Shown: positions 27,150-35,784 of the stretch, piece after piece
Layout of the letters: each line of letters opens with the position of its first letter
Position numbering within the stretch: position 1 is the first letter of the stretch
Assembly: GCA_965205425.1 (NCBI GenBank)
Contig: CBDBGZ010000005.1
Coordinates: 64,001-128,000, forward strand
Direction of reading: 5' to 3'
Origin: Nitrosopumilus sp.
Lineage (GTDB): Archaea > Thermoproteota > Nitrososphaeria > Nitrososphaerales > Nitrosopumilaceae
DNA length: 64,000 nucleotides
The notes under the pieces: model-generated
Databases searched by the model: none
What the model saw: only the letters and a program-made list of their open reading frames with translations
Told to the model about the DNA's origin: nothing
Position numbers and translations under genes: made by a program

Positions 27150-28522
27150 TAAACAACGACCTCACTAGCTCGTTTTTCTAAATGTTCACTGGACCTTTTA
27201 CCATACCAATTTTTTAAAGTAGCAACATCATCGTGAGACATCTCACTAACAAATTCATAATCATAATCAGTAAGCTCTAACCACATCTGTAAACCAAAAT
27301 GACGGAAAGCATAGTTAGCTCTAAAGTAAGAACCAAAATCTGACGGATCAAAACCAATAGACGTTAAAATTTTCTTGAAAAATTTGTTATCATTTGCAAC
27401 AGAAGAGACAACAATACGATCATAAGTTTCAAAAGTAAATTCTGTTTTGTTGTCATTCCAAAATAGATATTTTTTCTTTTGAAATAATCTCTGCTTATGA
27501 TATTTCTCTAATGGAATGACAAAAGATTCATCATAAATGTATTTTTGAAAATCAGTTTGAGTTTTATTTTCAAAAACTTTGAGAGAACAAGCTCTATGAG
27601 AATAAGAACCAATTTTAATTTTAGATTCAGCTTGAGGAAATACCAAAAGCAATTTTTCCACAAAATCAATAACATCTTTTTTGTAAACCTTAACGCCATC
27701 TATTTCAGCAAACTTGACAACTCTATCATAAAATTTCAAATCCTTAGTCTCAATAATGTAAAGAGTAGAGGGACGACAAAAGGTCCAGCACTTGACACCA
27801 AATTTGACAAACTCTAAATCATTCTTCTTGAGCAATTTTTTAGCCTGAATAATTTGCTCAGATGAAATTCTAAGATCGGCAGTTTTTGGCTTGTCTTTGT
27901 CACCATCAATTCCTAATTTCTTACCTTTCTCTTGAGAGATATTAATATCAAGTCCGTAAATTATGGCGTGACGGAAAGCTTGACGATTCATAAAAGTAAG
28001 ACGTCTCTTGTTCTTTGAGACTTCTAAAACTGCATCTTTCATATGCTTAATCACAGTCTCCCAGTTGTCTTTTGTAATTCCATCAGGGTGAATCTTGAAT
28101 TTTGGATTAACAGAACCTAGACATATTCTAGCAAATCTCACAAGTTTAGATTTTTCATTTTTTGAAGAATTATTTGAAAGCCAATTTGTAAAAAGTAGAG
28201 TTTTCATAACTTCTGATTCAGAAAAAATCTCATCGGTGAGATCAGCTTTAGTTTTTGTAGATTCGATTAATTGATACTTGCCTTTTGAAGTCTCTAATTT
28301 CTTGATTTTGCCAGATTCAAGTAAAGGTTTGACATATTCTCTTTGGGCGTGTTCCCTAGATACATTTAGAATCTCACCGATCTGTTTTGCAGATAAAATT
28401 TCGTGAGTTTGAAATAAATTTAGAACTTTGGTTAAAATTTCAGTGTTTGATTTTTGCAGTCCATCGAGTCTATTGCGACCCTTAGAGAGTTTTGCATTAA
28501 GGACCGAGTTCAAGCCCCTCAC
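27149..28522 (-). CDS. tyrosine recombinase/integrase with N-terminal winged-helix domain
   Basis: catalytic pattern TFCRPS (R), ENKT (K), YAFRH (H/Y-x-x-R), SH, WYG (Y); N-terminal LSAKQIGEILNVSREHAQ..LLESGKI wHTH. Confidence 0.8.
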   Translation of the reverse strand: MRGLNSVLNAKLSKGRNRLDGLQKSNTEILTKVLNLFQTHEILSAKQIGEILNVSREHAQREYVKPLLESGKIKKLETSKGKYQLIESTKTKADLTDEIFSESEVMKTLLFTNWLSNNSSKNEKSKLVRFARICLGSVNPKFKIHPDGITKDNWETVIKHMKDAVLEVSKNKRRLTFMNRQAFRHAIIYGLDINISQEKGKKLGIDGDKDKPKTADLRISSEQIIQAKKLLKKNDLEFVKFGVKCWTFCRPSTLYIIETKDLKFYDRVVKFAEIDGVKVYKKDVIDFVEKLLLVFPQAESKIKIGSYSHRACSLKVFENKTQTDFQKYIYDESFVIPLEKYHKQRLFQKKKYLFWNDNKTEFTFETYDRIVVSSVANDNKFFKKILTSIGFDPSDFGSYFRANYAFRHFGLQMWLELTDYDYEFVSEMSHDDVATLKNWYGKRSSEHLEKRASEVVV

Positions 28523-29082
28523 CTAGATAGTGAGGAACACAAAATAGATGAAAGCGTGTGCAGCTAACACAGAAAAATCTAGATCGTGAATCCTCACTGT
28601 TCATTTTGGTCAACATTAGTAAAATAACCCGCAATATAAAAAAACTGTGTTATAGTTGTTGACTAGATGTCAACAAAATGCAAACAACGAGATTTGGAGA
28701 AAAATTTGAGGATAGTGGGATCAATTAGAATCTAGATGAGCTAGACCATTCGACCAAAAATGAACTCTAACTGAATCCTCACTTCCTCAATTCAATCTAT
28801 CCATCGGTTTAAAATAAGAATTGCTAATAATATCAACACAGAACATAGACAAATCTTATTATTCAATTCCTCGTTTTTACTTTCCTCAAATTTGATGAAA
28901 AATTGCATGAGGGATCAAGTGTGGTGAGTATGAATTATTGGTAAATGGTGAGAACAAAATTACGATCGAGGAATGATTTTTCAAAAGTTATTCCCACATT
29001 ATTGGTGAAAAAATTTAGCTGGTGACTAGCCCGTATTTTAGCTGGTGACTGGAACTGTGAGAAATGGTGAGTTAGCTGGTAA
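28517..29082. repeat. repeat-rich non-coding end of the provirus
   Basis: IRs at 28517-28535, 28656-28676, 28881-28900; TGAATCCTCACT at 28587 and 28772; TTTAGCTGGTGACT at 29014 and 29037; eight TGGTRA hexamers in 28922-29082. Confidence 0.75.
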
Positions 29083-29086
29083 TTTA

Positions 29087-29925
29087 GAATGTAGAAGAGA
29101 AAGTATGGGGTAGGAACAGTATCAGAATTTGCATGATCTGAATAAGATTCCATAAGATCATCAGATGTAATAATCTCAACACTGCCATCACCAGATTCTA
29201 CAAATGCCGAGGGAACCCAAAAGAAGATCAGGGTTAGATCGAGTGTAAATTATAGATTTTATTGGTTTTTCATTAATTAATCTAAAATCTTCCAACAACA
29301 TTTTTGCTGAAGCATATGAACTCAATGTATCAATAACAATAATTCCCGAATCGCCTTCAATGAGAATACTGTTGGTAGAATCATATCCAATGGCAACCCA
29401 AATTTTTTCATTTATTTCATGAATTTCTGGATCAAGTATTGAAATCACAGACATTGTTGAATTATCAGAAAAGTCATCATTAATTTCCGGAATCTCTTCA
29501 GGAATTTCTCCAATTACATCTAGTACTTCTATTACTTTTTCAGTAACTTCTTCCTCAGCAATTAATTCACCTTCAAATTCAATAATTTTAACAAGACCTA
29601 ATCTTTCCCACATTTTTGCAGTAAATGGGCTAGTACAGAATGTGTCTTGATGAGCAAATCTAAACACCAGAGTATAACCATCCATACATTCAGAATTATC
29701 AATAGAAGATGATTTTTGTGGAGGTTCTGGAGGAGCACCAGGATATTCTTTATTTTCTATATGAGTATAACCAAGATTTTTTTCTTTACTTTCATCTTCT
29801 ACTTCAATTTCGCTTTCAAAAATAATTTGCGCCAGTCCTAATTCACGCCACCTATCAGCAGTATCAGGAGACACACAAACGTATTCTCTGTCAGCATAAC
29901 GTAACACCATAGATTGACCATAGTA
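29087..29925 (-). pseudogene. internal fragment of a metallo-beta-lactamase-fold (alkylsulfatase-like) host gene
   Basis: WVAIGYDSTNSILIEGDSGIIVIDT..KPIKSIIYT; two apparent +1 C frameshifts (~29212, ~29108); no natural start or end. Confidence 0.65.
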
Positions 29926-30173
29926 AAAAATGAAACAACAGAAAAAATGCAACCGATTCAAAAAGAACCAAGACCATCAATCAAAATAGTTCAAATTCAA
30001 AGATCGTATCCTCAAATGATATTTTCTGGAGGATTGCTAACATCATTAATTGGAACAACATATCTTTTAGCAGGAGACGATTGCTGCAATAGTTGGGGTA
30101 TGCGGATGCGCCCTATACGTTTCCACATTTAAAGATCAAATTATTCAAAACAAAAAGCAAAATTCAGAATTGA
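29920..30173 (+). pseudogene. 3' remnant of a membrane-protein gene
   Basis: IFSGGLLTSLIGTTYLLAG continues after a frameshift as TIAAIVGVCGCALYVSTF; 5' end missing. Confidence 0.4.
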
Positions 30174-30865
30174 TTAAAACTGGAATTCCGGGATTTGATA
30201 CAACATTATTTGAAGGTATCAAAAAAAACAGTTCAGTGTTAGTATCAGGACCTCCAGGAAGTGGAAAAACAATTTTTGGATTACAATTTATCTATTCGGG
30301 AGCAAGAGAGTATAATGAACCAGGAGTATACATCTCACTATCGCAAAGTGTTGATGAGATAAAAAATGATTGTAAATCATTGGGATTAGACATAGAAGAT
30401 TTGATATCTAAAGAGAAAATCCTACTAATTGATTTAAGACCATTTAAAATTAAAGGTAAGATTGTAGGTAGAGATGATTCTCTGTATAGAGCAGAACAAA
30501 TACCGTTTGAACATTTGACTAGATTCATCTTAAACAGTATTAAGAAAATCAAAGCTAAACGTATTGTGGTGGATTCAATTTCAATTCTTGAAATGCAGTA
30601 TTCAGATAAGTTTCACATGAGACAAGGATTACAAGGGATGATTCAATCATTAGAAAATTCCAATGTCACATCATTACTAATTTCTGAAAACAACAGATCA
30701 TCAGAATCATTTATCACATCAGGAATCATTGAATTAGACAATCAAATTGTAAATAATAAGATGAAAAGAACGATAAAGATTACAAAACTTCGAGGAATCA
30801 AACACAGCGAACATGTTCATTCTTTAGAATTAGGTAGTAGGGGATTGCATGTGTGTGAAAATTAA
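30170..30865 (+). CDS. KaiC/RAD55-family RecA-superfamily ATPase
   Basis: IKTGIPGFD, GPPGSGKT, RIVVDSIS, KLRGIKH. Confidence 0.88.
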   Translation: MIKTGIPGFDTTLFEGIKKNSSVLVSGPPGSGKTIFGLQFIYSGAREYNEPGVYISLSQSVDEIKNDCKSLGLDIEDLISKEKILLIDLRPFKIKGKIVGRDDSLYRAEQIPFEHLTRFILNSIKKIKAKRIVVDSISILEMQYSDKFHMRQGLQGMIQSLENSNVTSLLISENNRSSESFITSGIIELDNQIVNNKMKRTIKITKLRGIKHSEHVHSLELGSRGLHVCEN

Positions 30866-31049
30866 GATTCAGGTTAGGATTCTTTAGATTCTTCAAGTTT
30901 CTTTCGTACAGCTTCAGTTACTTCGTGTTTCAAATTATCTTCTTCTTCGGCAAGTAGTTTTTTGAAACGTTTTTCCCAGTAATTTTTTACCAAATAGATT
31001 CATTCTAGATTCTGATCGGTTAGAAATAAGGTCTTCGAATATTACGAGG

Positions 31050-31634
31050 CTAGGAAATTATCTTTAAAGGATCAGCATTTGTAATTTCATTAATAGTCAC
31101 ATACATGTGAAATTCATCACCTTCTGTTTTGACAGAGAAATTATCAATTGCTGAACAATATTTTTTATTATGTTCAGAATCAGTCAAATCACTTGTTGCC
31201 AGTAATCCATGAGAAATAAGATATGAAATATTCTCAGACAGTACTCCGGGCTCTATGTTAGTTCTAGACGCAATTTCCCAAATGGTGAGAGGGTAATCAA
31301 AGGCAATATCCAAAATTTGTTTTTTCACATCATCTTCAAAAGATGTCAAAATTGCATTTTTTATTGATTCGTCTTTAATTTCTACAGTATGCTCAGATTT
31401 GGATTGTAAAGAGCATATAGAGTCAAGTGTTTTTTTAATTAGAGGAGTTCCATCATCACCTAAAATTTGAGCAGTGATTGATTCAAATTTTTCAAAGTCT
31501 TTAATCGAAGATAACAATGTCATGTGGTATTTTTCAAAAACAGAATCTTTTATTTTTGTAATTTCATCATTGTCTACAAAATCATAAAATTTTTTCTCAA
31601 AAGAAGTAGCTAGGAGAGTCTCCATTGAGGTCAT
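31050..31634 (-). CDS. hypothetical protein with C-terminal wHTH
   Basis: PLTIWEIASRTNI..ISYLISHGLL. Confidence 0.55.
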   Translation of the reverse strand: MTSMETLLATSFEKKFYDFVDNDEITKIKDSVFEKYHMTLLSSIKDFEKFESITAQILGDDGTPLIKKTLDSICSLQSKSEHTVEIKDESIKNAILTSFEDDVKKQILDIAFDYPLTIWEIASRTNIEPGVLSENISYLISHGLLATSDLTDSEHNKKYCSAIDNFSVKTEGDEFHMYVTINEITNADPLKIIS

Positions 31635-32146
31635 GGATATATGGGCTCTCCTATTGGAAGTTGTGGTAAACGCGACAAATTTACCTGAAGTCGAATTTGA
31701 CTTATTTTTGTAGATACGCTAAACTCAGCCTTTGTGATTATCTTGTCATATAGACGTACACGTTTTGTAGATTTAGTGTATCCCACAGGCAAAATAAAAC
31801 CATCTTGCAACAACTCATTGAACTTGCGATAAGCTGAAGACTGGGATGCACCACATTGATTTAACATCTCATCTTTTGAGATGGGACTATCAATTAGTAA
31901 AAGAATATGGCGCTTTACTGGATCTGAATAAATTCCAATAATCTTTTCAGCTAGGTTGTGTTCGTGTAGTTCAATCCAAAGTGCATAATCATGATCTTTG
32001 AGAATCGTCAATGCAGCCTTTACAGTGGACTTTGGAAGCTTGTTTTCACAAGCAAGCATAGCTCGTTGTCCTGGCTCGAGATGATTATTTGCATTTCTTA
32101 TTGTATCCATGCACAATAGTTGGGAGAACTGGTTTGGCATTACCAT
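31631..32146 (-). CDS. ArsR-like wHTH protein
   Basis: SQSSAYRKFNELLQDGFI. Confidence 0.6.
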   Translation of the reverse strand: MVMPNQFSQLLCMDTIRNANNHLEPGQRAMLACENKLPKSTVKAALTILKDHDYALWIELHEHNLAEKIIGIYSDPVKRHILLLIDSPISKDEMLNQCGASQSSAYRKFNELLQDGFILPVGYTKSTKRVRLYDKIITKAEFSVSTKISQIRLQVNLSRLPQLPIGEPIYP

Positions 32147-32251
32147 ACAATAGGTGAAAATCGTACTTAAGAAATTCTACATTTTCCTATTTTTGAGAAA
32201 AAATTTTTCTTTTAAATATGTGAAGTAAATCTAGGCATAAAAAGAGGGGAA

Positions 32252-32551
32252 TTATCCCCGTCCAATTGCAGCGTATTTTCCTTTTTTGCCTCGAACGAAA
32301 AGCATTGCAGCAATTCCTCCAAAGATTCCACCTGAGAGTATGGATGCACCAAGCACTCCATCTGCAGCAAAGTATGGAGTGCCAGAACCTTTAGCACCAT
32401 CTTGGGTGGCAATTTCTACTTTGATTTTCGAGGTTTCCATTTCATCGTATAATCCATTATCTAGAACGTCATACTGTGCAAATGCTGGTTGTGAAAATGT
32501 AACCATCAATGCCATTACAAACAGTCCTGAAAGGATTGTATATTTTTGCAT
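32252..32551 (-). CDS. small secreted/membrane protein
   Basis: signal peptide (AFA) and C-terminal TM with GSGTPYFAADG. Confidence 0.65.
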   Translation of the reverse strand: MQKYTILSGLFVMALMVTFSQPAFAQYDVLDNGLYDEMETSKIKVEIATQDGAKGSGTPYFAADGVLGASILSGGIFGGIAAMLFVRGKKGKYAAIGRG

Positions 32552-32650
32552 GAGAGTATAATTGTAAAAATAATATAAAAAAGAAGAATTGTTTTCTCAA
32601 AGAAAATAATTCCTTGTTCTTGTTTTATAGAATAAAATATAATTTAGGGT

Positions 32651-33751
32651 ATGAATACAAAATATGTTACAATTACTATAATGTTAGTACTAGTATCATT
32701 TATTGTTCCAGCACATGCAGTACAATTAGATGGCGTAATTCCAAAAAATTCTGAAGAGTTTTCACCAATTTTCACATTTACTAGAATTATATCAATTCAA
32801 TATTCTGAAGATAGTAAGCTAGCAGAATTATTTGGAAAAACGCAACAAGAAATGTCATTTGACATCAACTCAGAAAATGCTGCAGTTTTAATTCAGAAAA
32901 TAAACTCTCAATTACAAGAAAAATCATTTGTCACAGTTTCAGAGATATCGGGAGAATATTCTGTAACCATTACTCCACAGAAAAAATCAACATCAATAGA
33001 ATACAAGATAACATTACAACCAACCATGAAAGACCATTTCATTTCGGAATCAGTACTAGACGCACAGTGGAGGGGGTTCAAAATTTTAGATGAAATTCCA
33101 ATAGAGACTGAATTTGGCACATATGACATTAACTCACCAATCTCAGCATTTATGATACTTCCAGAGGTGTCTCAACATCTCTTAAACTCTGATGCAATAA
33201 AGACATTAAATTTGAAATTGATGGACACCACAGGACTATCAGACTTGCCATTATCCAAATGGGAATCAATGTTTGATCCTACCGCCAAGATGAGTGAAAC
33301 TGTAAAATTCGGATTCTCAGGCACAGTTGTGACAAACTATTCTATGGGAATATGTACAGTATACCTTGGATTTTGTCAAGACAGAGACATTACCGTACCA
33401 TTTGAGATAGATGATGAAGAGTACTCCATTCGCTCTATAGAATCCCAAGATGATGGAACCATAATCATTGAAGGGTATGTACAAGAAAGTTCTGGCAGAG
33501 TAGAATCATTTCTTGTAACAGAGAATGCCCCAGGGAAAGGAGATGAGAATGGTGCACAAGTTCCTGTACTGTATACTGTGTCAGGGGTAGGAGTAGCAAT
33601 TGCTGTAGGCTTTTTTGTCTGGAGTGACAAGAAAAGTAAGAAAACAGATACAGAGCAAACAGGGATTGACCCTAGTGATTTGTCTGCAATAGCCATCGGG
33701 AAATCTGCTGGAAGTTACCAAACAAACAGAGGCACTGCAGAACTCAGATGA
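32651..33751 (+). CDS. membrane-anchored secreted protein
   Basis: signal peptide, C-terminal TM, tail EQTGIDP..YQTNRG. Confidence 0.65.
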   Translation: MNTKYVTITIMLVLVSFIVPAHAVQLDGVIPKNSEEFSPIFTFTRIISIQYSEDSKLAELFGKTQQEMSFDINSENAAVLIQKINSQLQEKSFVTVSEISGEYSVTITPQKKSTSIEYKITLQPTMKDHFISESVLDAQWRGFKILDEIPIETEFGTYDINSPISAFMILPEVSQHLLNSDAIKTLNLKLMDTTGLSDLPLSKWESMFDPTAKMSETVKFGFSGTVVTNYSMGICTVYLGFCQDRDITVPFEIDDEEYSIRSIESQDDGTIIIEGYVQESSGRVESFLVTENAPGKGDENGAQVPVLYTVSGVGVAIAVGFFVWSDKKSKKTDTEQTGIDPSDLSAIAIGKSAGSYQTNRGTAELR

Positions 33752-33769
33752 TTCACTGATAAATCATCC

Positions 33770-34740
33770 GGCCTTGTAGAAACCATAATAAAATAACAAA
33801 ATCTAATTTTCTAATCCTGTAAGCATTGTATGCAATTAACCTGTACAACATCTAATTGTCCTGAGTTGTAGCATTTCTTGATGTGACATCTCCTGACATT
33901 ATCTGTTTGATCACAAAAAAGATTGTTTCAGATTTGTTTCTCTGATGGTACAATTGTACAGGAAAGTTCCTCTTCATCTCCTTTCTGTGAATTCCGCTGG
34001 TTCTGTAAATTGGAACTGTTCTATATCGAGTTGGAATTATTGCAGCTGTGTTGATCTGTTCTGCACCAACATGGTTATTCTCATCATCAAAACCCATGTC
34101 ACCTAACACAATATCAACTGGAACAATATTGTTGGTTTTGTACAACAATGGCAGAAAATCAGGATTATCATGTTGCATGTTGTGGTGTGTCATGACACAG
34201 CAAACAAGCTGTGTATTCATGTCAGCACAAACAACAACTTTTAGGAAATTCCTGCGTAACTGTACTCTTTTTGTATAATAGTATGATGCTGTACTGTAAC
34301 TGAATCCGCTACCATCAATTCCAGCTAGAACCAGTCTGACTTTTTTGTACAAAATGAATTCCTGCAACATTTTATGTAACAGATTTCCTTCCAGTCTTGC
34401 AGCTGCCTTTTGTAGTGTGGTGTAATGTGGAATGGTAGACAAACCAAGATATTCCTGAATTCCTACACATTCTTCTAAAAATTCTGTAAATCTTCTATAA
34501 CTCTTTGATTCGTACTGTCGTATTGCCAAGAGTATGAGATGTGTCCAAACAGAATAGATATGATTTGATTTTGGATGTAAGAACCTAGGAATTCTGCATC
34601 TGGTGATTATATTGAGTAGTGTTTTGCACATTTTGACGTATGATGAGACCATACTGTAATCTGCAAATACAATCCTAATGGATCTAAATTAGCTAAAATG
34701 TATCACAATTGGGTTAAAATCAGATGGTTTCTACAAGGCC
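33770..34740 (-). mobile_element. IS5-like element, copy 2 (971 bp); transposase 33852-34652 truncated by nonsense mutation
   Basis: same 15-bp IRs; 9-bp TSD AAATCATCC at 33761-33769 and 34741-34749; GAG>TAG relative to copy 1. Confidence 0.92.
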
Positions 34741-34863
34741 AAATCATCCATCGTGGTTAAATACAAATTTTGAAAGACAAATTGCCTAACACATGTGGAG
34801 TTTGATGAGTAATCATCAAATTTCATGAATTATTCTAAAATAAAAAAAGAAAAATCAATCACA

Positions 34864-35277
34864 CTATTTTGTTTGTGTGAAAGGAGTTACCCAAGTTTGG
34901 ATAATGTTTTTGTTTAATTCAGCAAATGCATTAACGTTGTCGTTAAATGTTTTGAAATTTTGAACAGTTGCTTCAATGGCAGTTTTTACCATTTGATTAT
35001 TTACTGTACTTGCTTGAACAAATTGCTTGTTAGTATCAACAATTGCAGTTTTTGCAGAATCTGGAATTTCAGTATTGATTCCAGATTTTTTTGCAAATTC
35101 TTGTTGCATAGATACTGTAGCGTTAATTGTTTTTTGACAAGTTTTCATACATTCGTTTTGCAATTCTGTTGCAGATTGAAAATATTGTGGGGTTAGTTTT
35201 GAAATATTTTCAAAGTATTTCTGAACATTTTGCTTGTACATTGCAAATGCGTCGCTGTTTTGAGATTGTGTACTCAT
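34864..35277 (-). CDS. second phasin-like protein
   Basis: aligns by eye with 11347-11775 (ATVQNFKTFNDNVNAFAELNKNIIQTW vs ATQQNIKTFNDNAKSFADLNRNILQSW). Confidence 0.65.
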   Translation of the reverse strand: MSTQSQNSDAFAMYKQNVQKYFENISKLTPQYFQSATELQNECMKTCQKTINATVSMQQEFAKKSGINTEIPDSAKTAIVDTNKQFVQASTVNNQMVKTAIEATVQNFKTFNDNVNAFAELNKNIIQTWVTPFTQTK

Positions 35278-35383
35278 AATATGATGGGCGCATTAGTGGT
35301 ATATAAGTATTGGTAATGAGTGGTAATGAATGTCATTTAATGGTGTATAATGAGTAATTTTGGTTATTTTAGGCATAGATTAT

Positions 35384-35458
35384 TGTTTGTTCAAATGAAC
35401 GAACATAATTTTTGTTTGTTCAAATGAACGAATGAGTGTTTGTTCAAATGAACGAACA
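35384..35458. repeat. three copies of a near-palindromic 20-mer TGTTTGTTCAAATGAACGAA
   Basis: exact copies at 35384, 35413, 35437 in a divergent intergenic region. Confidence 0.9.
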
Positions 35459-35511
35459 TTACAATAATCAAATCAGGATATCTTTAAGTTCATAATTCAT
35501 ATAAAAAATCC

Positions 35512-35775
35512 ATGACAGATTATGATGAAGCAGGGCGACTCATTATTTCCAGAGCTAAACAGATAGATGCAATTCCTGAAACATGTTATAATTGCAATAG
35601 TGATGATCTTCAAATGATCATGACTCATGTTGATGGAGGTAGTTGGATATGCTTGGCATGTAATAGTTTAAACTCATATGAACCATCTATGAAATTAACA
35701 AAAAACATGCCTTTCTCCATGTTAAATTTAGGAAAAGATGAAATTGTATTTGTTCCTGAATGGGATTTTGAATAA
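35512..35775 (+). CDS. small Zn-ribbon protein
   Basis: CYNC..WICLAC. Confidence 0.6.
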   Translation: MTDYDEAGRLIISRAKQIDAIPETCYNCNSDDLQMIMTHVDGGSWICLACNSLNSYEPSMKLTKNMPFSMLNLGKDEIVFVPEWDFE

Positions 35776-35784
35776 CTAAAAAAA

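Larger units (their letters stand above)
16100..29086 (-). mobile_element. putative integrated provirus with double-jelly-roll capsid (STIV/Turriviridae-like, Varidnaviria); boundaries approximate
   Basis: co-oriented, tightly overlapping small genes including DJR-like MCP, packaging ATPase, spike-like proteins, membrane proteins, Zn fingers and a tyrosine recombinase; truncated host genes at both edges. Confidence 0.85.

Noticed and set aside
28503..28522. GAGTTCAAGCCC resembling a tRNA T-loop, i.e. an SSV-type att site in the integrase
   Set aside because: flanks do not pair into a T-stem, no cloverleaf, and no second copy found
16100..29086. casposon, conjugative element or head-tail provirus interpretation
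   Set aside because: no Cas1 or PolB, no relaxase or full-size VirB4, no terminase/portal/HK97-like genes recognised
28935..29153. 72-aa ORF in the track
   Set aside because: frameshifted tail of the MBL fragment running into non-coding repeats
35384..35458. possible mini-CRISPR array
   Set aside because: spacers are only 9 and 4 bp and no cas genes are present
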